From Kiritimatiellia bacterium (lineage in GTDB: Bacteria > Verrucomicrobiota > Kiritimatiellia > RFP12 > UBA1067), in NCBI GenBank assembly GCA_051884915.1, contig JBJEWF010000028.1:5515-69514 (forward strand): a stretch of DNA of 64,000 bases, in the 5' to 3' direction. Positions within the stretch are counted from its first letter, which is position 1. Each line of letters begins with the position of its first letter. The notes under the pieces were generated by a model. It was given only the letters and a program-made list of their open reading frames with translations, had not been told where the DNA came from and searched no databases. Below, piece by piece: positions 35,640 to 44,126 of the stretch. The position numbers were made by a program, and so were the translations under genes.

Positions 35640-36326
35640 TCACTTCAGGTGAAGCATGCGCAGCACGTCGTTCGCGAGCGCCGCGCTGAAGCCCTCGGCC
35701 GTCACGTCCGCGCCGCCGAAGTCCTGGTAGGCGGCATGCGGATGGATGATCGCCAATGCGCTCAGGCCGGCCCAGAGGACGGCCTTCACGCCCTTGCCCG
35801 ACCCCGTCACGCCGACAGTCAGCAGGTTCACGAGGCCATTCGCGTTGCAGGCGCGGCGCCAGGCGTCCCACTTCCCGTTGCCGTAGGTCGGCGACGGTTC
35901 GGAATACGGGATGACGAGCTCGGGATCCAGGCCCTCCAGCGCCGGCGCCAGCGCGTCCGCGCCGGCGCGCGAAGCCACGACGACCTTCAGCCCCTGATCC
36001 GTCAGCGCCTTCACGAAGGCCTTGAACCCCGGCGTCGCCGCCGCCGCGATGTTCTCCACCAGCGCCGCGTTGAACGCGGCCGCCAGCTCGCGCGCGGCCG
36101 CCGCGGCGTCGAGGTCGACGCCCAGCTTCTGCGCGAGTTCGTTCAAGCCGCCCTGATAGTTGTTGCCCGCCAGATGCAGCGCTTCAAGCTTGATCGTCAA
36201 GTCGATTCCCGCCGCCGCAAGCTGCCGCTTGGCGACGTCGAAAAGCAGCTGCGCGCCATCGAGCGCCGTGAAATCGAAATCAACGATCACGCCACGCGGC
36301 AAAGATTTCTTTTCCTCAGACATCAT
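35640..36326 (-). CDS. HAD-superfamily hydrolase-like protein
   Basis: Trimmed to ATGATG at 36326. VDFDFT fits the DxDxT motif I. About 228 aa. Confidence 0.6.
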   Translation of the reverse strand: MMSEEKKSLPRGVIVDFDFTALDGAQLLFDVAKRQLAAAGIDLTIKLEALHLAGNNYQGGLNELAQKLGVDLDAAAAARELAAAFNAALVENIAAAATPGFKAFVKALTDQGLKVVVASRAGADALAPALEGLDPELVIPYSEPSPTYGNGKWDAWRRACNANGLVNLLTVGVTGSGKGVKAVLWAGLSALAIIHPHAAYQDFGGADVTAEGFSAALANDVLRMLHLK

Positions 36327-36349
36327 ACGCCCTTTCTGGGAGGTGGCAT

Positions 36350-37600
36350 TCATTCCGGCTTCGTTTTCACCACGACGCGCGTCTTGCGCGGCTTGGGCTG
36401 GCCGATCTCGTCCAGCAGCTTGCGGAACCGGCTGTTGCGCACGTTGAAGGGCTTGCCGCCCCTGATCCGGTTGAATTCGCACGCGCGGATCTCGTTCTTC
36501 CGGTCCTCGTCCTTGCCGATCACGCCGCCGACGCGCGCCAGCGCGCATTCGACGGCCTTCACCGCGCACTGGCGGATCAGGCGCAGGTCCTTCTTGTTCG
36601 GCGCGGCCGCACGGGCGAAATAGCCGCTCTTGAACACGCTGGCCTTCTCGGCGCCCAGACGCTTCGCGAACTGGTTCTTGAACCACTCGCCCACGTTGAC
36701 GCTGTCCAGCCGGGGATGGCCGAAGGCGTCCAGCGGGACGTCCTCGCCGGCTTTCCGCTTCTCCTCGATGATCTGCTTCACGCAGGCGCCTTCGGAAACG
36801 AAGATGTTCACGCAGTCGACCGCGTCCATGACCTTGCGCAGACGCTCGGCCTCCTTGTCGAAATCGATTTTCGACTCCGGCACGTACACGGCATGCACGT
36901 CCTGGCGCTCGCGCGTCAGGCCGAATTCCGGCAGGAAGCGGATGCGCCGCTTCAGCATCTTGTGGTAGGCGATGGCCGTGAACGCCGTCAGCCAGCCGCA
37001 GTTGCGGCCCATGACTTCGTGGATGATCAGCGCGCGCGGATTGGCGCTGTTTTCCTTGACGACGTTCGCGAAGAACTTCGCGCCCTCTTCGGCGGCCGTG
37101 TAGGCGCCCAGCGACTGCTTGATCGGATAGACGTCGTTGTCGATCGTCTTGGGAAGGCCGACCACCGTCAGCGGATAGTCGTTCTCCGCCAGATACTTCG
37201 CGAGATCGGCGGCCGTCGTGTTCGTATCGTCGCCGCCGATCGTGTGGAGAACGTCGACGCCGTCCTTCACGAGCTGCTCGGCCGCCACCTTCAACGGGTC
37301 CTCGCCGTCCTTCACCAGACCGCGCTTCACGCAGTCCTTGACGTTCGTCAGCTTCACGCGGCTGTTGCCGATCGGGCTGCCGCCATGGCGCGTCAGCTCC
37401 AGCGCGTTCGCGCGCACGGCGGGCGTCACGGGAATCGAATCGCCCTTGAGAAGCCCCATGTAGCCGTTGACATAGCCGATCATCTCGACCTCGGGAGCCT
37501 GCTTCGTGTACTCGTCGATCAGAAATCCGATCGAGGAACTCAAGCAGGGAGCCAGGCCGCCCGCCGTCAGAAACGCAACTTTCTTAACTTTCTTGTCCAT
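36350..37600 (-). CDS. pfp: Pyrophosphate-dependent 6-phosphofructokinase
   Basis: Trimmed to the ATG at 37600. TIGGDDTNT and PKTIDND carry the Asp and Lys that replace the two Gly of ATP-PFKs, which is the PPi-type signature. Confidence 0.85.
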   Translation of the reverse strand: MDKKVKKVAFLTAGGLAPCLSSSIGFLIDEYTKQAPEVEMIGYVNGYMGLLKGDSIPVTPAVRANALELTRHGGSPIGNSRVKLTNVKDCVKRGLVKDGEDPLKVAAEQLVKDGVDVLHTIGGDDTNTTAADLAKYLAENDYPLTVVGLPKTIDNDVYPIKQSLGAYTAAEEGAKFFANVVKENSANPRALIIHEVMGRNCGWLTAFTAIAYHKMLKRRIRFLPEFGLTRERQDVHAVYVPESKIDFDKEAERLRKVMDAVDCVNIFVSEGACVKQIIEEKRKAGEDVPLDAFGHPRLDSVNVGEWFKNQFAKRLGAEKASVFKSGYFARAAAPNKKDLRLIRQCAVKAVECALARVGGVIGKDEDRKNEIRACEFNRIRGGKPFNVRNSRFRKLLDEIGQPKPRKTRVVVKTKPE

Positions 37601-37650
37601 TTTCTTTGTCCTTTTCCTAAGTCTTCGGCTGGCTTGCGCCAACCGCACAA

Positions 37651-38112
37651 TCAGATCTGCTTCAGCGCGTTCACGAGTTCGATGGCGGCCTGCGTGGCCG
37701 CGGCCCCCTTGTTGCCCTGTTTCGTGCCGCAGCGCTCGACCGCCTGCTCCAGATTCTCGGCGCTGACCACGCCATCCGTCACCGGAACCCCCGTCTCCAG
37801 GGAAATCTGGCTGAACGCGCGCGCCGTCGTCTCGCAGATGAGGCCCGCATGCGCCGTGGCGCCCTGCACCACGGCACCAAGACCGACCACGGCGTCGAAC
37901 GTCCCCGACACCGCCAATTTCTTCGCCGCCACGGGAATCTCGTAGGCGCCCGGCACGCGGACAAGAAGCAGATTCTTCTCGTCGCCGCCCAGACGCGTGA
38001 ACGCGTCGACTGCGCCTTTCACGAGCTGCTCGACCAGAAACGAGTTGAAACGGCTCGCCACCAGGGCGATTTTCAGTCCCTGCGCCGTCAGATTGCCATT
38101 GATTTCTTTCAT
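37651..38112 (-). CDS. ribH: 6,7-dimethyl-8-ribityllumazine synthase
   Basis: 153 aa. VASRFN, VPGAYEIP and GAVVQGATAH motifs. Confidence 0.92.
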   Translation of the reverse strand: MKEINGNLTAQGLKIALVASRFNSFLVEQLVKGAVDAFTRLGGDEKNLLLVRVPGAYEIPVAAKKLAVSGTFDAVVGLGAVVQGATAHAGLICETTARAFSQISLETGVPVTDGVVSAENLEQAVERCGTKQGNKGAAATQAAIELVNALKQI

Positions 38113-38145
38113 GATGCCTCTCGCTAGCGTTGAACGTGTTCTTCC

Positions 38146-38174
38146 ATTATCGCACAGGAAGCGCGAACTGACAA
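38146..38174 (-). promoter_or_regulatory. Sigma70-like promoter TTGTCA-N17-GATAAT with TGC extended -10, upstream of ribH
   Basis: Minus strand reads TTGTCA GTTCGCGCTTCCTGTGC GATAAT, then about 33 nt containing GAGAGG, then the ATG at 38112. Confidence 0.5.
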
Positions 38175-38294
38175 GGTCAAATGCGGCCGGAACTTACAAA
38201 AATGTAAGGCGGGCGCGCAAGCCGCATTTCGCCGCGGCGGGCGCGCCCGTTTCCCCGCCGCCCGCGAACGGCGCGCCCCGCCGCCCCGCCGGCG

Positions 38295-39827
38295 CTAGGC
38301 CCTTTCGGGCATCCGGCCCGTCTTGAAGTACTGTTCGACCTCTTCCAGCGTGCGGCCCTTGGTTTCCGGCAGGAAGAACGCCGCCGTGATGAAGTAGACG
38401 ACGGTGAAGCCGGCGAGCACGAAGAAGACCGACCCGTTGTTGCCCGTCCACGCGCACCATTTCGGGAACACCGTGGCGATGACCGCGGAGATGCCCTGGT
38501 TGACGATCATCGCGATGGCCATGCCGTTGGCGCGGATGCGCGTGGGCATCAGTTCCGAAAGCGCCAGCCACACGCAGACGCCCGGACCGACCGCGAAGAA
38601 CGCGATGAACATGAAGAAGAACGCCGTCGCGCAGACGCCCGTCGCCAGCGACGCCGCGCACCAGCCCTTCGAGATCGCGAAGAAGATCGAGCCGACGCCG
38701 CAGAGGCCCACGATGATGCCCGACGTGCCGAGTTTCAGGAGGAACTTGCGGCCCTTCTTGTCGACCAGCGCGCACGCGACGACGGTCATGAAGACGTTCA
38801 CGAGCTTGATCGCGAGATCGGAGTAGTTCGCGAGGATGCCCTCCATGCCCGTGGTCTTGAAGATGTCGACCGTGTAGTTGAGGACCGAGTTGATGCCCGT
38901 CGTCTGGTTGCAGGCGAGAATGACGACCGCCAGGCAAAACGGATAGACATACTTGCGCTGGAAGAGCGTATCGCCCCGCGCGGCCGCCGCGATCGCCGCC
39001 TTCTCGGCCGCCGCCGCCTCGTCGGCCGCGATCATCTCCGCGAGGATCTTCTCCGCCCGTTCCGCGCCGTTGTTCGCCGCGAGCGACGCCAGGGCCTCGT
39101 CCCGGCGGCCCTTCCGGTAAAGCCAGCGCGGCGACTCCTTCAGCCCGAACGCGCCGAGGAAGAGGACCAGCCCCGGCACCGCCGAGCAAATGAAAATCGT
39201 CTGCCAGGCCATCGTCCAGCTCCTGAACCGCTCCGGCGCGACCCATTCCCGGATCTGGGCCAGCGTCACCTTGGCGACTTCAACGCCATTCGCCTCGGCC
39301 GCCGCCTTGACCACTTTGTCCGAATCGCCCGTCCAGCCGGTGACCACCAGCCCGATCACGGCCGCAAACGCCAGGCCGATCGTCAGCAAGAGCTGGAACA
39401 TGCCCGTCCCCCAGCCGCGCGAATCGGAATCGAGGCACTCCGCCAGATACATCGGCACCACCACGCCCACGAGGCCGGCGGACGCGCCCTGCAGGGTGCG
39501 GCCAACCGTCAGCAGGAGGAAATTGCCGCCGTCGAAGATTCCCGACACGCAAATGACGGGAATCGAGATGAAAAAGCAGAACGCGGAGGCGATGATGATT
39601 TTCTTGCGGCCGAAAAGCTCGGCCAGCAAACCCGCGAAGAGGGAGGAGAGCACGGACCCCCAGAGCACCGCGCCGACGACGAAGCCCAGCTGCCCCACCG
39701 AATAGTCCGAGGTGTTGCGCACGTACGGCAGCGCCGCGGCGATGACGCCGACGTCAATGCCGAAGATGAGTCCCCCCAGTCCGGCCATCGCCAGCAGGTA
39801 GCGCGCATATCGCTTGACGCTGTCCAT
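38295..39827 (-). CDS. MFS sugar-porter family transporter
   Basis: GRKK loop, KESPRWLYRKGR and PETKGRTLEE signatures. 12 TM pattern with an enlarged central loop. Confidence 0.88.
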   Translation of the reverse strand: MDSVKRYARYLLAMAGLGGLIFGIDVGVIAAALPYVRNTSDYSVGQLGFVVGAVLWGSVLSSLFAGLLAELFGRKKIIIASAFCFFISIPVICVSGIFDGGNFLLLTVGRTLQGASAGLVGVVVPMYLAECLDSDSRGWGTGMFQLLLTIGLAFAAVIGLVVTGWTGDSDKVVKAAAEANGVEVAKVTLAQIREWVAPERFRSWTMAWQTIFICSAVPGLVLFLGAFGLKESPRWLYRKGRRDEALASLAANNGAERAEKILAEMIAADEAAAAEKAAIAAAARGDTLFQRKYVYPFCLAVVILACNQTTGINSVLNYTVDIFKTTGMEGILANYSDLAIKLVNVFMTVVACALVDKKGRKFLLKLGTSGIIVGLCGVGSIFFAISKGWCAASLATGVCATAFFFMFIAFFAVGPGVCVWLALSELMPTRIRANGMAIAMIVNQGISAVIATVFPKWCAWTGNNGSVFFVLAGFTVVYFITAAFFLPETKGRTLEEVEQYFKTGRMPERA

Positions 39828-39841
39828 CCCGACCGTCCTTC

Positions 39842-42526
39842 CTATTCGGCGGCTTCAAGTTCGACGTCCGGGAAGAGGCGCGCGGCCGTCTTGCGGCATT
39901 CCTCGAAGTCCTTCACGGCCTTCTTGACGAGCACCGGCGCGTATTCGGCGGCGCCTTCGACTTCCGCATAAAGCAGCCGGAGCGTCAGCGCGGCGCCGAA
40001 CATGTGGTTCGACCACTGCATCTTGCTCGTCACGTAGCGGGCCTCCAGCCCCTTCTGGACAAGATCGTTGATGAGCTGGTTCATGCAGGCGACGTATTCC
40101 TTCTTGCCGTAGAAGCGCCGCCATTCGACCGTCACCGCCCGGTCGACCGGCTCCATCTTGCCCGTCTTCTTGTTGGACCGGAGCCGCTGGAGGCTGATGT
40201 CCTTCGCCGTCACGGCCGTCACGACCGTCCCGTTCCTGAACTTGAACCCCTTGGCCTTGCTGATGAAGTACTGGTGGAGGCCCTGCATCCGCTCGACCTT
40301 CATCCGCGCCGTGCGCAATTCGTCCTTGCCCTCGGCCGTCGTCAAATCGTCCTGCAGCAGCCGCAGCTGCTTCAGCGCCGGCTCCCAGTCCAGGGACTTC
40401 AGGCGGGACGAGACGAGGCTGTCGAACCGCGCCCTGACCTTCGCCGTCTCTTCCTCGACCTTGGCCTTGTGCTCTTCCGCCGCCCGGGCGGCGGCCTGTT
40501 CCTTCGCCAGCTTCTCCGCCTGTTCCTTCGCCAGCCGTTCGGCCTTGGCCTTGGCGCGCTGGATCTGGGCCAGGGCCTGCTTGACCAGTTCGGCCGACTT
40601 CTTGCGGATGACCGAGGTCTTGCGCTGCGTCTGCTCCACGCACTTCATGCCCTTGATGGACTCGAACTCCTCCACGAGGGTCTGCGAAAGCTTGGCCAGC
40701 TTTTCGGTCGTCTCGATGTCCTCCGCCGTCAGCTCGTTGACTTTCCTGCCCTTTTCGAGCAGCAGCCGCACGCGCCCCTGCACGCGGATGTCGGCCGCAC
40801 GGCAGAAGTAGAGGTCGTTCCACAGTTCCATGAACTGCTTCACCGCCCCCGGAATTTCGACGGCGGGCTCCTGCGGCTTCTCCTCTTCCGCAGGCGGCGC
40901 CTCTTCCGCCGCCGGCTTGTCGGCGGGTTTCGGCGCTTCCGCCTTCGCGCCGCCCGGCTGGGCGATTGTGGCGTTCGCGGCCGCCGCCGTCGCGTTCGTG
41001 GCCACCGCCGCATTCGCGGCCGCCGCTGGCGCCGCATTCGTGGTCGCCGCCGGCGCCGCATTCGTGGTCGCCGCCGCCGGCGCGTTCGTGGCCGTCTGGC
41101 TGGCTTCGGCTGTCGCTTTGGCGTCGGCCGCCGCCTGGTTGGCTTCGGCCGCGGCCGTCGCGACGGCCGCCAGATGGAGTTCGTTCGTGTAGGCGATGGC
41201 CTCGGCGATGTCCTTCGTGGGCGGAGGCTCGATCATGTCGGCCACGGCGTCGCGCAACTCGTCCGGAATGGCCCTCTTCAATTCCCGGACCGCCGTCTCC
41301 ATGTCCTTGTCGTTTTTCGCGACCAGCTCGTGGAAGTTGTTCCCGAAATCGCCCACGGCCTTCAGCGTATTCTGGATGGCCGTGCGCGCCAGCGTCTGCT
41401 TGGCGACGATCTCCTGCATGTGCTCGCGTTCCTCGCGCGCCTTTTCGGCATGCACGTACCACATCAGGCCGCCGACCACGAGAAGAATCAGCAGCACGAC
41501 GCCGCCCACGACCATGCCGACGACCGCTCCGACGTTCAGCGGCTTCTTCGCGTCCTCGTCCTCGACGGGCGTCAGCTCCGCCACGTCGTCGCCCAAGACC
41601 GCCGGCGTCACGCCGGTTTCCGCGGACAGATGCGTCCGCGTGGTCCGGCCCCTGATCTTGATTTTGGTGCCGATCGACGTGCTCTGCCGCTTCTCCGGGC
41701 CCGCCTTGGCCAGGAACCGCTTGAAATCGCCGAGCAGCGACGTATAGGTCGGGTAGCGCATGGATGGTTCGAGTTCGAGCATGCGCATGATGATCGAGTC
41801 GACTTCCTTCGGCAGATCCGGACGGATCTCGCTCGGCTTCGGCGGAGGCGCCTCGAAGCGCGCCTTCACCACGGCCGTCGAATCGGCGCCGTCCCACGGC
41901 GGCACGCCCGTCAGCGCGTGGTAGAGCGTGCCGCCCAGCGAATAGATGTCCGCCCGGTAGTCGATTTTCTGGCGGCGGACCTTCTCGGGCGAGATGTAGT
42001 AGGGCGTGCCCCAGATCTCGTTGGAATCCCCCTGCATGGCCGCCAGGCCGAAGTCCACGAGTTTCGCGCTGCCGTCCGTGTCGAACAGGATGTTCTCCGG
42101 CTTCACGTCGCCGTGCACGAGTCCCTGTTCGGCGGCCAGCGCCAGCGCGTCCGCCATCTGCTGGCCGATGCGCATGACGCGCACGACGTCCATCGTGCCG
42201 GGATTGGCCTCCATCTCCCTGTCGAGCGAACCGCCGGAGACAAGCTCCATCGCGATGTAGGGCATGCCGTTTTCCTGGCCGAACGAATAGACCTGGGCGA
42301 TGTTGGGATGATTCAGCCGGGCCACCGCCTGCGCTTCGCGCTGGAACCGCTCGACGAACTTCGGGTCCTCGCCCAGGGACTTGAGCAGCACCTTGATGCC
42401 GACCTTGCGGTCCAGCATCTTGTCGCGCGCCAGATAGACGCCTCCCATGCCCCCATGCCCCAGTTCCTTCTCAAGAAGGAAGTGTCCGAAATCGGACGGC
42501 GTTGGAATCATCTGTTCTTCCTGCAT
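39842..42526 (-). CDS. Hanks-type Ser/Thr protein kinase, single TM, long extracytoplasmic tail with an Ala/Thr/Asn-rich repeat region
   Basis: GHGGMGGVY, VGIKVL, HGDVKPENIL, DFG and GTPYYISPE. TM segment VGAVVGMVVGGVVLLILLVVGGLMWYV. Start set at the ATG at 42526 (MQEEQM...) because AGGAGGG lies 6 nt upstream. The track start is 42547. Confidence 0.88.
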   Translation of the reverse strand: MQEEQMIPTPSDFGHFLLEKELGHGGMGGVYLARDKMLDRKVGIKVLLKSLGEDPKFVERFQREAQAVARLNHPNIAQVYSFGQENGMPYIAMELVSGGSLDREMEANPGTMDVVRVMRIGQQMADALALAAEQGLVHGDVKPENILFDTDGSAKLVDFGLAAMQGDSNEIWGTPYYISPEKVRRQKIDYRADIYSLGGTLYHALTGVPPWDGADSTAVVKARFEAPPPKPSEIRPDLPKEVDSIIMRMLELEPSMRYPTYTSLLGDFKRFLAKAGPEKRQSTSIGTKIKIRGRTTRTHLSAETGVTPAVLGDDVAELTPVEDEDAKKPLNVGAVVGMVVGGVVLLILLVVGGLMWYVHAEKAREEREHMQEIVAKQTLARTAIQNTLKAVGDFGNNFHELVAKNDKDMETAVRELKRAIPDELRDAVADMIEPPPTKDIAEAIAYTNELHLAAVATAAAEANQAAADAKATAEASQTATNAPAAATTNAAPAATTNAAPAAAANAAVATNATAAAANATIAQPGGAKAEAPKPADKPAAEEAPPAEEEKPQEPAVEIPGAVKQFMELWNDLYFCRAADIRVQGRVRLLLEKGRKVNELTAEDIETTEKLAKLSQTLVEEFESIKGMKCVEQTQRKTSVIRKKSAELVKQALAQIQRAKAKAERLAKEQAEKLAKEQAAARAAEEHKAKVEEETAKVRARFDSLVSSRLKSLDWEPALKQLRLLQDDLTTAEGKDELRTARMKVERMQGLHQYFISKAKGFKFRNGTVVTAVTAKDISLQRLRSNKKTGKMEPVDRAVTVEWRRFYGKKEYVACMNQLINDLVQKGLEARYVTSKMQWSNHMFGAALTLRLLYAEVEGAAEYAPVLVKKAVKDFEECRKTAARLFPDVELEAAE
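41028..41075 (-). repeat. Perfect 2 x 24-nt tandem repeat inside the kinase gene, within a degenerate ~5-copy array (~40960-41100)
   Basis: ggcgccgcattcgtggtcgccgcc occurs at 41028-41051 and again at 41052-41075. It encodes the AAPAATTN units. Confidence 0.85.
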
Positions 42527-42582
42527 GTCAGCCCTCCTGAAGTCCATCTCTCGACATCTTGCCCAAAATCTCCGCCGCCACC

Positions 42583-43758
42583 CTACTCGATCGGTCCCCA
42601 GCGGTGGTTCACGATCGGCCAGAAGACGCCGCCGGCGATGCCGCGCAGGTTCCGCGCGGGGACAGGCCCCCAGTAGCGGCTGTCATAGCTGGAGGGCGAA
42701 TTGTCGCCGCAGGCGTAGTACTCGTCGGCGCCGAGTTTCACTTCGTCGCCCTCCGCGACGATCGTCTTGCCGGGGATCGCGTACGAAGGCTGGCCCGACG
42801 GCAGATACCCCGCGTAGGGATAGGCCTTCCCGTGGAATTTCTCGCGCTTCTGGATCTGGGCGATCCGGCGGGGCGCCATCGGTGCCTTGCCGTCGACCAG
42901 CAGCCGGCCGTCCCGGATCGTCAGCGTCTCGTTCGGCGTCCCCGTCATGCGCTTGATGTAGTGCGTGCCCTGCTGGAGTTTCTCGATGCCCGTCGTGGAG
43001 AAGATCATCACGTCGCCCCGCCGCGGATGGCGGAAGTTCCAGAGCCAGCGGTTCACGAACAGGAAATCGCCGGTCACCACGTAGCCGCTCCACAGGATCT
43101 GCCCCGCGCGGACCGGTTCCCCGGGACGCAGCCCGTTGGGCAGCCGGTAGTCCATGCGCCGGTAGGGGCCGTCGCCCGTCTCCTCGGGATGGAGGACGTC
43201 GGTCGGCACCAGCATCCGGGAACTCGTCTGCCCCGTCCCGTTGACGACGCGCATGTCGTAATGTCCCGTATTCGTCGGACGGAACTGCAGGGACCCGTTG
43301 AACGGCGCCGTGAAGCATTCGTACATTTCGCCCGTCAGCGCCCATTTGAGCCACTTCTGCGGTCCCCGGTCCCAGAACGTCGCCTGCGCCGGGCTGCAGG
43401 CCACCGAATGGTTGCCGTAGAGCGTGGGCTGCATCGAGCCGGTCGGGATGTTGAACGGCTCGTAGAAATAGGCGCGGAACGCCATGGCGACGGAAATGGA
43501 AACGACCAGGATGTCCAGCCACTCGCGGCCGATGGCGCAGCTCTTCGGCGGATCGAGGAATTCGAGCAGCGACTTGCATGTCCCGACGTCCCGCGCGCGC
43601 CAGGCGGTCCGCAGATCCTGCATCCGCTTCCCGAACTCCCCTTCCGGCCCGTAGGCCGGCAGGTCTTCGTACGACAGGACAAACGTCTCGGCCGCAGTCA
43701 ACACGGCTTTCGCTTCTTTTTTGGCCTTGGCGGCCCTGGTGAATGGCAATGCAAACAT
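42583..43758 (-). CDS. lepB: Signal peptidase I
   Basis: GSMQPTL (catalytic Ser), KR box YIKRMTG, GDNSPSSYDSRYWG. Confidence 0.9.
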   Translation of the reverse strand: MFALPFTRAAKAKKEAKAVLTAAETFVLSYEDLPAYGPEGEFGKRMQDLRTAWRARDVGTCKSLLEFLDPPKSCAIGREWLDILVVSISVAMAFRAYFYEPFNIPTGSMQPTLYGNHSVACSPAQATFWDRGPQKWLKWALTGEMYECFTAPFNGSLQFRPTNTGHYDMRVVNGTGQTSSRMLVPTDVLHPEETGDGPYRRMDYRLPNGLRPGEPVRAGQILWSGYVVTGDFLFVNRWLWNFRHPRRGDVMIFSTTGIEKLQQGTHYIKRMTGTPNETLTIRDGRLLVDGKAPMAPRRIAQIQKREKFHGKAYPYAGYLPSGQPSYAIPGKTIVAEGDEVKLGADEYYACGDNSPSSYDSRYWGPVPARNLRGIAGGVFWPIVNHRWGPIE

Positions 43759-43766
43759 TTTCCAGT

Positions 43767-43794
43767 ATTATAGCGAATCACGGGAAAATGACAA
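43767..43794 (-). promoter_or_regulatory. Sigma70-like promoter TTGTCA-N16-TATAAT, 8 nt upstream of the lepB ATG
   Basis: Minus strand reads TTGTCA TTTTCCCGTGATTCGC TATAAT ACTGGAAA ATG. Confidence 0.5.
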
Positions 43795-43811
43795 GCGCGA
43801 AAAGGAACGCG

Positions 43812-43850
43812 AAAAAAGAAAGGGCGATCCCCGCGAGGAGACCGCCCTTT
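43812..43850 (-). terminator. Rho-independent terminator after rpmB
   Basis: Minus-strand RNA forms AAAGGGCGGTC / GATCGCCCTTT, an 11-bp stem with one G-U, a 10-nt loop, then CTTTTTT. The stem is better paired on the minus-strand RNA than on the plus strand. Confidence 0.7.
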
Positions 43851-43871
43851 CCCGTTGGCCGGAGGACCCGA

Positions 43872-44102
43872 TCAGCCCTTCACGATCTTGCCCATCTTGA
43901 TGCAGTGCGTGCAGACCCTCTTGCGGCAGGTGTTGCCCTTGCCGTCGGAGACGCGCACCGTCTGGAGATTGGGAAGGAAGCGGCGCTTCGAGATGCCGGT
44001 CGTGTGGAGACCGATGCCGCCCTTGTACTTCGGCGAACCCTTGCGCACGATCGAACGACCGGCCGAGGGGCGCTTGCCACAGATTTCACAGACTCTGGAC
44101 AT
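43872..44102 (-). CDS. rpmB: 50S ribosomal protein L28
   Basis: 76 aa. MSRVCEICGKRPSAG...RRFLPNLQ is typical of L28. Confidence 0.92.
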   Translation of the reverse strand: MSRVCEICGKRPSAGRSIVRKGSPKYKGGIGLHTTGISKRRFLPNLQTVRVSDGKGNTCRKRVCTHCIKMGKIVKG

Positions 44103-44126
44103 GATATCATCCTTTCTTTACATCGG

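Noticed and set aside
38113-38294. FMN riboswitch upstream of ribH
   Set aside because: I looked for the conserved FMN-element core (the GGGCAGGGTGAAATTCCC and GGTGAAATTCC-type segments) on the minus strand and did not see it. With the predicted promoter, the leader is only about 30 nt.
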